Counted from the stretch's first letter, positions 25,010 through 38,610 are shown. The stretch: DNA of 64,000 bases from Octopus vulgaris (GCA_951406725.2 OX597818.1:135966001-136030000), one strand, 5' to 3'. Made by a program: numbers and translations. The notes: generated from the sequence alone by a model not told the origin.

Positions 25010-25230
25010 TCTTTTGTTTTTCACTAGTTTCAGTCATTGGGCTGCGGCCATGCTGAGGCACCACCACCACCTTGAAAGAGTTTAGTCAAACAAGTAGACC
25101 CCAATACTCATTTTTTTCCAAGTCTGGGACTTATTCTATTAGATCCTTTCGCTGAACCACTAAGTTACAGGATGTAAACAAGCCAACACTGGTTATCAAA
25201 CAGTATGAATAAACACACACACACACACAC
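25010..25230 (-). mobile_element. Diverged 3' half of SINE family C
   Basis: TTTCAGTCATT..CTGCGGCCATGCTG..CTTATTCTAT..GCTGAACCACTAAG matches the C tail. Confidence 0.75.
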
Positions 25231-25703
25231 ATTTCACATACAAAAAATCTGTTAGGTTGTTGTTTCAACGTAATGCTGCTTGAAAAAAAAACAAAAAAAA
25301 AAAACAGACGTTGATTATCAAAATAGTTTCTATAAAATGAGATTATTGATTTATTTAAATGGTTCAAAGATGATAAGCAAAGGGATTTTAGGCAAATACA
25401 GGAGGTATAAAAATATATGTCATAGTTTAGTTTTTGCTAGCTTTTAAAAAATATAGTCACTAATCTGAATGCAGAGATAATCACTAATTTAAGCCTATAC
25501 TTTACTTAAGTATCGTTTTATTTTTCAGACAGATGAGGGAATAATATTGTGAAAGGGGGCAGAGAAAATAGAAACAAAAAAAAAAAAAATGATTACTACA
25601 TTATTGAATATTTTTGATGGTGGCACGAAAGAAAAAAAGCAACAAGAACAAGTAAAAAATAAATAATAAAATAATTAGGATAAAGTTTCAATGTTTTTAG
25701 AAA

Positions 25704-25739
<36 letters not shown>

Positions 25740-26517
25740 TTTTTTTTTTAATCATCATTTTACAGCATCCATGTTGTCATAAGCTGGCTGGGTTATTTCT
25801 GTCTGAGTCAGTTCCAGACTCACTGCGTTTTGATTCTGAGACAAGCTATCATCCATGTCTTGTTTTCATGCTCTATTTTTGGCAATGGTTTCAATGGTTC
25901 AATGGATTCTATGGATTCCTAACATTAAGTGCTTTACAGAGTCTAGAGAGTACATTTTATCGTGATGCTAGTACAAGAGAGGTTGTCTTATATCTGGTAA
26001 GATTTAAAGAGTCCTCTCTAGCTTGTGCTGTGTCTGTTCATTCTTTCATCAGCACCAAGAGGTTTGTCTTCTTTCTGGAACACTAAAGGAATCGCTTCTC
26101 TATGCTGTCTATATGGTCATTCTTGTCTTTCGTACACAACTGGGTGGGAAGAGAGTCAGGGCGAAGAGGTGGTAGAGGAGTAAAAGAAGGATCAGTATGA
26201 CAGGAGTGAGAGGTAGAGAGAGGAGACAGTAAAGGAAGAGAGATAGAGAAAGAATGAAGGGAGTAAAAGATAGAAAGAGACAGAGAAAGAAAGTGATATA
26301 TACATATATATATATTAATAAATAAAACATATGCATATATATAAACATATATGTACGTACCTACCTCTACATGTACATATACAAGCACATATTAGTACAG
26401 GACACCAAAAAGACTTCGAACACAATGAGAAACGAAAACATAGACACAAACCCAAGGAACTGGACATTTTTTTAAACAACAAAAAAAAAAGAGTACAGGA
26501 CAATTAACACAAAGAAA

Positions 26518-26562
<45 letters not shown>

Positions 26563-26773
26563 TACATGATTGTTTTTTTTGAAGGAAATTGAACAGAATC
26601 AGCATGAAGAGCATTATGGAGGAAGAGTGACAGGTGATAGAAGAGGAAATAGTGAAGGTGTGATAGAGAGTAATGGATGTCGACAATGAATGGCAGAGGA
26701 GTAAGTAAGAGAGAGAAAGAGGAAGTAATAAGGCAGAAACATAAGATATTTGAAGACAATATTTTGATAGCTA

Positions 26774-26996
26774 TTTACTCTTTACTCTTTTACTCTTTTA
26801 CTTGTTTCAGTCATTTGACTGCGGCCATGCTGGAGCACCGCCTTTAATCGAGCAACTCGACCCCGGGACTTATTCTTTTGTAAGCCCAGTACTTATTCTA
26901 TCGGTTCCTTTTGCCTAACCGCTAAGTAACGGGGGACATAAACACACCAGCATCGGTTGTCAAGCAATGCTAGGGGGACAAACACAGACACACAAA

Positions 26997-27058
<62 letters not shown>

Positions 27059-27232
27059 TACATATATACGACGGGCTTCTTTCAGTTTCCGTCTACCAAA
27101 TCCACTCACAAGGCTTTGGTCGGCCCGAGGCTATAGTAGAAGACACTTGCCCAAGGTGCCACGCAGTGGGACTGAACCCAGAACCATGTGGTTGGTAAAC
27201 AAGCTACTTACCACACAGCCACTCCTGCGCCT
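26774..27232 (-). mobile_element. SINE family C, full-length
   Basis: Complete from the AGGCGCAGGAGTGG head to the (GTAAAAGA)n tail; long internal (TA)n. Confidence 0.92.
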
Positions 27233-27800
27233 CTTTATGCTTTTTAGAAATTATTAAGCTTAGAAAATTAAATTTAACAGTTGGTTGTCTTATCTAATTA
27301 TATTTTAGGTATAGATTACATAGTTTTGCCTTCTTGCACTATTTTGTTACAAACCCCAAGAAAACTTTCTAAAATTTAAACCAACAAACATTTGAGTCAT
27401 TTTCCTTGTGTTTCAAGAAACCAAATGTTTTAAAAACATTTCTCGTGATTAGGATATTTTTAGTTAGATAGGTTATTCTAGTTTTTTGATTGCTGTCAAA
27501 CATTGACTGTAAAATTGTTTCTTCTGAGAGAGGTTCTAAAAATGAATTTTTAGATGAATCTTGAATCATAAAATTCAAAGATGAAATCCTAAATCCCTTC
27601 TTCTAAGATGAGTCTTAACTTTTTTACATCATCAATAAAGAAATGAAAAGAAAACAGCTTCTTGCTAATCCAATTCTTTTCTGGTATTAAATATTGATTT
27701 TTCTTTCTATGTCAGAGGAATTTTAAGTCAGTGATTTTGAGATGTAATCAAGTGTTAAGACACCGCTTTATGAAATAGAAGTGTGAGTGTGTGCGTGTTT

Positions 27801-27932
<132 letters not shown>

Positions 27933-28670
27933 TAAAGTATGATATCAATATTTCAATATTTACAATAAATAAATAACAAGATTAATGAGAGGCGAATAAA
28001 AGTCTAGAAAGGATATTAAAATAATTTCATCTGTATAACAAGAATAACCAATATATTGTCAACATTCTGATAAATTGTCATAATCCTTAGTGATGCTAGT
28101 GTAAAAGAATTTGGTGTGAGGTTTTATGTGAATGTATAAGAAAAGGATTTACAAAAGTGAACAGTCTTTCTATAGGGCCTGGTAAACCAGTTTTGATCTT
28201 CAGTTATATATGTTCTATTGTATTTATATTTCTAATAGCTTTTGGGAAAAACATGAGTAATACAACTTCTGTTTCTTCTCTATAATTTTAGAACCATACA
28301 TAAGGAAGGAGTTATGGCATTTAGATGTCTCGTGAATTCTTAGTGGGTAAATCAAGAAGAGAACTTCAATCTGCCTTTTTAATTTATAATGTAATGTTTT
28401 TAAATAATTAAGTCAGAGGACCTCCAAAACCAGACTAAAGACCTGACCCAAATATTTGCAACACTGTTGTGCCAAGCAGTGTACTTAATCCAAGTGACAG
28501 ATCAAGTCTACTACTGTCCACTGTAACTACAATAAATGAAGTCTCATGTGTCATCATAATTTAATGTTTGTCTTCCATGCTAGCATGGGTGGACAGTTTG
28601 ACAGGATGGCTATGTTGAGCTCCAATGTCTGCTTTGGCATAGTTTCTATAGCTGGATGCTTTTCCTAATA

Positions 28671-28897
28671 CCTATTTCTTTATTACCCACAAGGGGCTAA
28701 ACATAGAGGGGACAAACAAGGACAGACATAGGTATTAAGTCGATTACATCGCCCCAGTGCGTAACTGGTACTTATTTAATCGAAAGGATGAAAGGCAAAG
28801 TCAACCTCGGCGGAATTTGAACTCAGAACATAACGGCAGACGAAATATCGCTAAGCATTTCGCCCGGCGCACTAACGTTTCTGCCAGCTCGCCGCCT
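28671..28897 (-). mobile_element. SINE family B inserted in a decayed family D-like element
   Basis: B consensus match; TSD TTTTCCTAATACC. Confidence 0.9.
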
Positions 28898-29054
28898 TTT
28901 CCTAATACCCTGAGAGCATTCTTTTTTTGAAACACAGGCACTAGTGAGGTCACCAAATAACCTTCAAGACAAAGAAAAAGCTCCTCAACAGAGTGGGGTT
29001 GTAGTAGAGAGAGAGGGCGTCTTTATGCTAAGTGGTGAGAGGCTGAAGTATGCT

Positions 29055-29310
29055 TAGGACGATGAGGGTTCCAGTTGATCTGTTCAACTGAGCAGTCTGC
29101 TCATAATATTAATGTGCAAGTGGCTGAGCATTCTGTGTGACAAGGCCGGCCCTTTGAATTACAGGTACAATTCATTTTTGCCAGTTGAGTAGACTGGAGC
29201 AATGTGAAATAAAGTATCTTGCTCAAGGATACAATGTGCCACTACGAATCAAACTTATGACCTTATGATCATAAACCGAGTACCCTAATCACTAAGCCAT
29301 GTGCCTTCAC
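29055..29310 (-). mobile_element. Diverged family A-related SINE
   Basis: GACGATGAGGGTTCCAGTTGATC, AAGTGGCTGAGCA and GACAAGGCCGGCCCTTTGAA match the A tail; decayed tRNA head near 29300. Confidence 0.7.
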
Positions 29311-29352
29311 TCTGAAGTATGATACAGGCACAGGCGTCTTGCTGTAGAGGAA

Positions 29353-29982
29353 ATACATAGCCAGCCAGCATTATATAAGGGTGTGTGGGAATAGCTGCAA
29401 GGAAAACAAAGATGGTGGTGATGAGGCGTCAGAGTGCATAAGAGAATACAGACTACAAAAATGAAAGAAACTTGTTCCTTATCCAAACCAGTCTAGACCC
29501 TAGTGGTTATATTTCAGAGATCAAGTCACATTATCTATATTCTATTTAGTTTCTAATATCTATTTCTTTACTACCCACAAGGGGCTAAACTCAGAGGGGA
29601 CAAACAAGGACAGACAAACGGATTAAGTCGATTATATCGACCCCAGTGCACAACTGGTACTTAATTTATCGACCTCGAAAGGATGAAAGGCAAAGTCAAC
29701 CTTGGCGGAATTTGAACTCAGAATGTAACGACAGACGAAATACGGCTACGAATTTCGCCCGGCGTGCTAACGAGATACATAGCCAGCCAGCATTATATAA
29801 GGGTGTGTGGGAATAGCTGCAAGGAAAACAAAGATGATGGTGATGAGGTGTCAGAGTGCGTAAGAGAATACAGACTACAAAAATGAAAGAAACTTGTTCC
29901 TTATCCAAACCAGTCTAGACTCTAGTGGTTATATTTCAGAGATCAAGTCATATTATCTATATTCTATTTAGTTTCTAACATC
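29353..29982. repeat. ~208-bp direct repeat (29353-29560 and 29775-29982) flanking a SINE B
   Basis: Offset 422 bp, about six substitutions by eye. Confidence 0.92.
29560..29772 (-). mobile_element. SINE family B, slightly 5'-truncated
   Basis: B consensus from CGTTAGCACGCCGGGCG to AAAGAAATAG on the minus strand. Confidence 0.92.
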
Positions 29983-30638
29983 AGTTATCCCTCACTAATT
30001 TCTATTGAATTTTGAGTGTATGTGTGCAATTATCATACAATTCTTTGTAGGGTTAAATAATAACTTTATGGATTTATAAACATTTCCTATATTTAGAAAT
30101 ATGAATATACAAACCATACATATTGTCATTTAGTTCATTCATTAAAACTCTATTTCATTTTACATGTTTCAAAATTAATGCTGCACATTTTATCTAATAT
30201 TGTGTAGAATTAATGCTGTTTGGTTTCAAGTCATTGTTGACTGAGGCTGTGCTCAAAGGTGCCTATGATCGTTCTGTCTTATTTTCAGGTATAGAGTGTT
30301 TTAGGACTATATTATTAAATGTGTCCTTACTTTATTTTAGATGGTAGAGTATGATTTGCAGTAGATTTAGCTACTTTTTCCAGCAGGTCAAGCAGCCGCA
30401 TAAAGTTTCATTGCTGACCTTTTTGAAGAAGTAAAATAGTGAAATGGATAAGGATTTGATCTCATTATTTATTATTTTCCTTTCCACTTCATCTAGTAGG
30501 TTAACAGGTATCAGATCGTCCAGGAATATTTATCTCTCATCTATTATGTAAATACTATAGTCCCAAAATTTTGAGCATACAGCAGTCAGCTATCAGAATA
30601 TCTCTGGTTACCCATGTTTAAAAAGAAAATCATCTTAA

Positions 30639-30857
30639 CCCTTTAGTGTTCAGATTATTCTATCAAACATAATGCCTATTGATTCCCATTGATTTGAATT
30701 AATCATGCATTATCTCATATCTTCAAGATCTTGATGGTGTAATTACTTAATGTAGAATAACATTGTAGGGTAGGTGTGAGAGCCTGGATCTGGTCAGTTT
30801 GAACATAAAACAGATTAACTACTTTGGCCAGATATGGCCGGTTTAAATACTAAAGGG
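30639..30857 (+). mobile_element. piggyBac-type MITE
   Basis: TTAA-CCCTTTAGT...ACTAAAGGG-TTAA. Confidence 0.92.
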
Positions 30858-31088
30858 TTAATGGACTCTTAGCATTATTTTCTAAACCTAAAATAATTTG
30901 CTCTTTGTATCTTGTGTAACTGTACAGTAGTGTGATAAATACTATTAGATTGGTACATAAAATAGTAGCTGCACAATATAAATGTAACTTCATCAGGTGT
31001 CTTGTTATCTCAATGTAGTAACTGGTTACATACATGGTACAATCAAAATTCAAAACTGAGGAGCATTTACATATTTATTGTGAACAGT

Positions 31089-31515
31089 AGGCGCAGGAGT
31101 GGCTGTGTGGTAAGTAGCTTGCTAACCAACCACATGGTTCCGGGTTCAGTCCCACTGCGTGGCATCTTGGGCAAGTGTCTTTTGCTATAGCCCCGGGCCG
31201 ACCAATGCCTTGTGAGTGGATTTGGTAGACGGAAACTGAAAGAAGCCTGTCGTATATATGTATATATATATATATATATATAGTGTGTGTATATATGTTT
31301 GTGTGTCTGTGTTTGTCACCCTAGCATTGCTTGACAACCGATGCTGGTGTGTTTACGTCCCCGTCACTTAGCGGTTCGGCAAAAGAGACCGATAGAATAA
31401 GTACTGGGCTTACAAAGAATAAGTCCCGGGGTCGAGTTGCTCGACTAAAGGTGGTGCTCCAGCATGGCCGCAGTCAAATGACTGAAACAAGTAAAAGAGT
31501 AAAGAGAGAGAGAGA
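31089..31515 (+). mobile_element. SINE family C, full-length
   Basis: Complete head to tail; short flanking repeat AGTAGGC. Confidence 0.93.
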
Positions 31516-31588
31516 GTAGGCAGGATATCTAATTGATGTCCAAGGACTTCAGTTCAACAATTTGTCATCAAAGTCGTTACTGTACTAC

Positions 31589-31639
<51 letters not shown>

Positions 31640-32233
31640 GTAGTAGTAGTAGTAAAACCAGCAACCATAAAACCTAGTAGTTATAGAATGCAATGGTCAT
31701 CAGAGGTTGTGAGAAGTCCTGTTGATATTGACAACTAAACTGTAATAACATATGGCAGGAATAAGTGATGATTGAAATAATATTTCAACAACTGAAGATA
31801 ACATTTGGAACAGACAGAATATTTTGATAAGCTTATTTCAACAATTATTCACATATTTAATATATAATATAAATTTAACAGAGGTAGTAGTAAACCTAAT
31901 CAATTCAACAGCCTCTTTTTCAGCTTAAATTTGGAATCTCCCATTTTATTTGATATTAACCTGAAATACAAGTTTCCACTTTAACAGATCTAATAATGAA
32001 ACTATAATTAGCCATTATTTGATATCAATAAATTTTCTCTTTTTTCCCAATATGTAGCTATTCTAAGTGTTATTGTGAGAACACATTTGGTAAGAACCAA
32101 ATGCTTGAATATCTGACCAATATTTTCATGTAAATCAAAGACTCCCCTTTTAAGTATTTGGAGTAATTTGAAAATATTTGATAAGATAAATTGGCATGAT
32201 TTCTTGTTAGAAATAGCAGCCAAATCTCTTTAA

Positions 32234-32454
32234 CCCTTTAGTGTTCAGATTACTCTGTTAAATGTAATGCTTTTTTATTTAAATTGTTTTGAATTAATCA
32301 TGCATTACCTTATGGCTTTGAGGTTTCAATGATGTGATTGTTTATTTTTAGAATGTCAATGTAGGTTAGGTGTGAGAGGCTAGATATGGCCAGTTTGAAT
32401 ATAAAATATGTAGAATATATCGGGCCGGATTTGGCCAGTTTAAACACTAAAGGG
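32234..32454 (+). mobile_element. piggyBac-type MITE, divergent subfamily
   Basis: Same TIRs and TTAA; internal sequence visibly more diverged; inserted within a family H repeat. Confidence 0.85.
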
Positions 32455-33515
32455 TTAAAATTACACTCTACTTTCTAAAACAGGGACATATTGAATAATG
32501 AAGACGGATATGCTACAAACTAAAATTTAGAATTGGATAAAGTAAAGAGAAAGTAACAAGGTTTCCATATTCTACTTAAAATTGTATTAAATGTTTCATC
32601 CACAATACTTTTTGGTAAATTAGATGAAAAACAAAACAAATGAAACAATAGCACCCTGCTCACACAGGTTTTTGTAAAACTGTACAAAAATATTTCATGA
32701 AAGATAATAGTTAATATCAATAAAACATGAGAACTTATCTCTTAAAACAAGCATGGAAGCCATAATATATTACTGTCTATTATAATTCACTATAATTTAC
32801 TATTTCCATTATGTGAACAATATGTGTTCTTTCTCATTAATGACATGTCAAAGTTCTAACACATTCTAAATAGGTTGTAGAGTAACTAGATTAATGTAGT
32901 TTTAAAGAATAAATTTACATTCTTATATTTTTGAGAGGAACTGAATATCTGACTAGTTTAAACATGAGAATAAATCCAATTATTAGTAACCTTCAACATC
33001 TAATAACTTTGATCACTTGATATTTCCTCTATTTTAAAACCCTGAGTAATTCCATTTGAATATTTTGTGTTGAAATCTACACACTCAACACAGATGTATA
33101 TCTTTGCTCATCGTTTTACATATTTAACACTAAAAATTATTCTAGTAACATTAGAAGGGTAAAATTTCTGAAATTCATTTTTCACATTAATTTGGGTGTG
33201 TGTCTAAATGCTTGTATGTGTGCTTGTGTATTCTATTTTATATTCATTTTTCTCTTTGTTATAGGTTAGATGCTTTTGCAAATGTCTGAATTTGCATAAA
33301 TTTGTTCCTTAGGTATTTATGTCTAAATGCCTTTTCTAATGCCAAATACTCTCAATACTTTTGTAAAATGAATCCTTATTTTGTATCAATATGTGCTGTA
33401 GTCTACTGAAAGTTTCTTTATCTATATTTCTCTTTGTATGGTTTTTAACTTTAATTATACACTGACAAAAAGGAAAAAAAAAATCTACATTCTATATGAC
33501 TGATAATTAATATTT

Positions 33516-33892
33516 GTGGAGGCGCAATGGCCCAGTGGTTAGGGCAGCAGACTCGCGGTCATAGGATCGCGGTTTCGATTCCCAGACCGGGCGTTGTGAG
33601 TGTTTATTGAGCGAAAACACCTAAAAGCTCCACGAGGCTCCGGCAGGGGATGGTGGTGATCCCTGCTGTACTCTTTCACCACAACTTTCTCTCACTCTTT
33701 GTTTCTGTTGTACCTGTATTTCAAGGGGCCAGCCTTGTCACACTCTGTGTCACGTTGAATATCCCCGAGAACTACGTTAAGGGTGCACGTGTCTGTGGAG
33801 TGCTCAGCCACTTACACGTTAATTTCACGAGCAAGCTGTTCCGATTCGGATCAACCGGAACCCTCATCGTCGTAACCGACGGAGTGCTTCCA
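33516..33892 (+). mobile_element. SINE family A
   Basis: Full-length; TSD AATTAATATTT. Confidence 0.93.
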
Positions 33893-34020
33893 ATTAATAT
33901 TTAAGGTAGAAATTAAATTTTTGTAATGTAAGGATTATAGTTTAATGAATCAATATCAGAAAATTATTTGTACTTATTTAATCCTTCAGAAAAATTTGTT
34001 CTCAGATTTTAACATTAACA

Positions 34021-34612
34021 AGATACAACCAAATATAATAAGGTATTTAGTCTAGTGCTACACTATTTAAATATAACTAGTTAGACACAACCAAATATTG
34101 CAAAGTATTTAATTTAGTGTCCTATGTTCTCAAAGTAGGAAACAATCAAATATTGTAAGGCAAGTATAGTACCTTACTATTTTAACATAACTAAATGTAA
34201 CCACATACTATATGACATTTAGTTCAGTGCAATATCATTTTAACATAGAAAGACATTATCATATACTGTAAGACATTTAGTCTTACTACTTGACTATGTT
34301 TACATAGACACAAACAAATATTGTAAGGCATTTAGCCTGGTGCCCTCCTATTTTAATGTATTTAAACATTTAGTATTTAAACCGGCCATATCCGGCCAAA
34401 ATACTTAATCTATTTTATGCTCAAACTGACCAGATCCAGGCTCTCACACCTACCCTACAATGTTATTCTACATTAAGTAATTACACCATCAAGATCTTGA
34501 AGATATGAGATAATGCATGATTAATTCAAATCAATGGGAATCAATAAGCATTATGTTTGATAGAATAATCTGAACACTAAAGGGTTAAACATTTAGTCAG
34601 GTGCTACATTAT
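34021..34612. repeat. Degenerate ~55-60-bp minisatellite interrupted by a MITE
   Basis: Recurring AGACACAACCAAATATTGTAAGGCATTTAGT-like unit, about six copies. Confidence 0.7.
34366..34584 (-). mobile_element. piggyBac-type MITE with one altered terminus
   Basis: Body matches the other copies; left end reads TTAAACATTTAGT instead of TTAACCCTTTAGT. Confidence 0.88.
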
Positions 34613-34979
34613 TTCATTCCTTTAATGACTAATATTAATAGCATTTTTTAAAACTAAGTAGAGGCATGGCTGTGTGGTCAAGAGGTTTCCTTAGCAGCTA
34701 TATGTTTGAGTTCAATACCACAGTATGACACCTTAAGCAAGCGTCTTCTACTATAGACTCAGGTTGGTCAAAGCATTGCAAATAAAATTTGGCTGACAGA
34801 AACGGTTTGGAAACTAGCTGGGACTTATGTTTTTGGATGATAGCCTTAACAATTTGGTGCTTAGGATACCTTTAAAGGAATTAACTCTGTTGGGCCAAGT
34901 CTCAAGTATGAGGATAACTTGTTTCCTTTTTACTAATCTTGGAAGCTCTGAAATAAAGATCATGGCCATAGCTCCATCC

Positions 34980-35027
<48 letters not shown>

Positions 35028-35030
<3 letters not shown>

Positions 35031-35485
35031 AATGAAGGATAAAATTTTTTTCGAAAAAAATATTCTTTTCCCCAAAAAATTTTATCAATGGCCAGCATAT
35101 CAAAAAATACCGTTAATGGTTAAATCTATAAACAATTCATAATTAAAGGCAAACGAAAAAATTTCTAATGCCAAATATGCCGAAAAATTGGACGTATTGT
35201 CCATTAACCATATAATTTTTTCACAATATGCATGCTACTCGAAAAAAGGTCGACAGAAATTTCTAAAACATTCCATTATTACCATATCGGACCGATTTCA
35301 GAGTTAGCTTATAACAGCCCTCTCTTCGTCAGTGATACATGTGGCAAAAAGAAGTAAATGAGATACTTACTCATACCCATGGAAGTAGCGTGCATATTGT
35401 GAAAAAATTATATGGTTAATGGACAATATGTCCAATTTTCGGCATATCTGGCATTAGAAATTTTTTCGTTTGCCCTTAATTATGA

Positions 35486-35490
<5 letters not shown>
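35028..35490. mobile_element. Penelope-like inverted-repeat element inside a (TA)n tract
   Basis: Arms 35132-35239 and 35384-35490 (~108 bp); the ~144-bp spacer contains a hammerhead; (TA)n on both sides. Confidence 0.75.
35280..35337 (-). ncRNA. Minimal type I hammerhead ribozyme (canonical core)
   Basis: Minus strand: TATCA CTGACGA AGAG agggctgttataagctaa CTCT GAAA TCGG T CCGA T A TGGTA. Stem I TATCA/TGGTA, stem II AGAG/CTCT, quasi-palindromic stem III, AUA cleavage triplet. Confidence 0.82.
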
Positions 35491-35530
<40 letters not shown>

Positions 35531-37505
35531 AGCCAAGAAATTTGATCTAGAAGTATGCTGAAATACTTATAGATGTCTTTTGATGAAGTCATGTTTGTCT
35601 ATTTGCCAATTCAAGGAGCATATTCACAACTATCTAGGTACATATTCTTTTGGAAATCATTTGCTGCTCTCATCACAGTCTCTCATCACATTGTCTTATG
35701 TTCACTGATCTTTACCTAGTCACTCACTGTTACATGTTCACCAATCTCTATCTAGTCACTCTCTATCACGTTCACTTTCTGTTACATGTTCAGTGATCTC
35801 TATGAGATCTTTCCAAAAGGAGAGACAATGGATTAATGAAGAAAATAGACGAAATTTAAATGAAACTGTGGAAACACTAAAAAGAACACACACATATGCA
35901 TACACAGACATACACTCACGTGCAATGGAAGGATTTATACAGAGCTTGTGGTATTAAATGGAAAGAGTTTTTTGAACATGAATAACAGACAATTGCAAGT
36001 AGCTTTCCTAAAGATTAGATACTTATACCAAGTTGAACAAATCTATTATATATAAAATTAAACATCTTATCAAGAGATAAAACAAAATATCTGCAATGAA
36101 TATATCTAAGTTATGTTTTGAGTATAAAACTATGAATGAACTTTCAAAACATCTCAGACTAAAAGGTCACACTATAGGCTAGGTATAGGCAACCTATTTC
36201 TTGCAGCATGCCTTATAAGATAAAGATATCCCTATGTCATAAATCAAGTCCACCACTAAAGTAATAATTCAACAAACATTATAGGTAATACTGAAAGCAC
36301 TAACATGTAATGGCAAGAAGTTCATAAAAATTTCATTGAGACAAAATGTGAAATGAATGAGAGAGAATGGAATGTTATTGTTTATGCAGAGCTGAAGTTA
36401 AAGATTGCTAAAAAATTTTTCAGTCAAAAGCTGTGTTTATATAATAATGATTTTACACATGCCATACAAAATAGTCACAATATAGGGCTACACGTAATCC
36501 AAATACCACCCACCACCCACGCCTGCTTATAGATAATGTAATCTATACAGAATGATCAACATCTATACAGACATTGATTTTGAAAATTAGAGAAATAATT
36601 ACAAATATTTTATATTTTCCCCAGAACTGGAATGAAGTATATTAATGTAACATACAAAAACAAAAAAAAAAGTATTAACAATATTCTACAATAATCTAAA
36701 ATGCACAGAAAGGTATTAAACCTGATTATTCATTTGAAAAATAACTTTTATATTATTGATAAAGCTTACTTTGTACATATAATTAGAATGCAGTTTTGAA
36801 AATGGGTTCCCCAAAAAAATTATATAATTTAGACATTTTTGTGTAAATACACACACACACACACATCAATGGTGCAAATCAAATTAAAATAATGAGGTTG
36901 AGAAATATTTTTAAAAAATAACTTAGATATGAAAACAAACATAAAAAAATTTTAATTTGAATGCTCTGCTTTTATACGCTGCTTTGTTGTAGAGCGTGTG
37001 ATGAGCTGTACATTGCCGCCAATTTGTTGTTGTGGATGTTGAATCATGCATGACCTACACTATTTTGAATGTAGTCAATTTATGAATGGAAGTGCCCTAC
37101 TATTAACACTGCGATGACTGTTCCTGTTGACAAACTACTACAATTTCGAGTGCTTTTTGAATCACAGTCACACTTCCCAGTTCAACTTTCTCACTATCTT
37201 AAGATTCTATTTCAGCCCTCCCCCTGTATTTTTCATTTCAACAAGCCACATGCTGAGATGATGCTACAAGTCATCCCCCAAATTACAAACTGAGACAGCA
37301 CGTATTATTTTACCAATACAGTAATCATCGACATAACAATATGTCAACAAGCTTTCAGCAAATAGATTAGTTACAAAGTCAATATCTTTATACACAACTA
37401 GCAGATTCATTCAAAATCATTTTATTTATTCAATTGCTTTAACACAAATTTAATTTCTTTTTCTCTTGAAGCCAGTTGATGGCTGATATTTTTGAAAATA
37501 TTTGC

Positions 37506-37669
37506 AGGCGCAGGAGTGGCTGTGTGGTAAGTAGCTTGCTAACCAACCACATGGTTCCGGGTTCAATCCCACTGCGTGGCATCTTGGGCAAGTGTCTTCT
37601 GCTATAGCCCCGGGCCGACCAATGCCTTGTGAGTGGATTTGGTAGACGGAAACTGAAAAGAAGCCTGTC

Positions 37670-37744
<75 letters not shown>

Positions 37745-37957
37745 TGTGTTTGTCCCCCCAGCATTGCTTGACAAGCGATGCTGGTGTGTTTATGTCCCCG
37801 TCACTTAGCGGTTCGGCAAAAAGAGACGGATAGAATAAGTACTGGGCTTAGAAAAAGAATAAGTCCCGGGGTCGAGTTGCTCGACTAAAGGCGGTGCTCC
37901 AGCATGGCCGCAGTCAAATGACTGAAACAAGTAAAAGAGTAAAGAGTAAAGAGAGTA
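37506..37957 (+). mobile_element. SINE family C, full-length
   Basis: Complete; internal (TA)n(TG)n. Confidence 0.93.
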
Positions 37958-38300
37958 TAACAGCATTTGAATATATCAGTATCACTTTTGTTCTTCAGTT
38001 TTACAACTATCTTTGAAAGCTAGCATGAGGTGGAATGGGTATGCAAATTTTATATTTGTACATGAATTGCATTTTATAGTTTTCTTTGCATCACAATAAT
38101 CTTCCTGATATTTGTGAGAAATGTTTTATTTTGAACTTGCTGACTTTGGGAATAGATATTTCCAACCAAGCTATATGGAAATCAGGCAATAACTTTGTCC
38201 AACCTATGCTAACATGGACAACGAACATTAAATTAGGACAAAAGTTTAAAAGTTTGTGTCTGTGTTGTATGCAATATCAGACTAGTTACATCACAACTTA

Positions 38301-38610
38301 GTGAAGGCACATGGTTCATTGTCTAGTGTGTCCAGCTTACGATCTTGCATTGTGAGTTCGATTCCTGGACTGGGCTGCGTGTTGCGTTCTAGAGCAAGAC
38401 ACTTCATTTCACGTTGCTTCACTTTACTCAGCTGTAGAAATGAGTTGCGACATCACTGGTGCCAAGCTGTATTGGCCTTTGCCTTTCCCTTGGATAACAT
38501 TGGTGGCGTGGAGAGGGGAGGCTGGTATGCATAGGAAACTGCTGGTCTTCCATAAACAACTTTGCCTAGACTTGTGCCTCAGTGGGCATCCCATGGTCAT
38601 TCATGACCGA
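38301..38610 (+). mobile_element. Older tRNA-derived CORE-like SINE (separate family)
   Basis: GAGTTCGATTCCTGG B box, then GAGCAAGACACTTCATTTCAC and CTCAGCTGTAGAAATG CORE-like motifs; distinct tail. Confidence 0.7.

Noticed and set aside
33516-33590. tRNA-like sequences at SINE heads
   Set aside because: No complete acceptor stem or cloverleaf, and each continues into a SINE body, so they are not tRNA genes.
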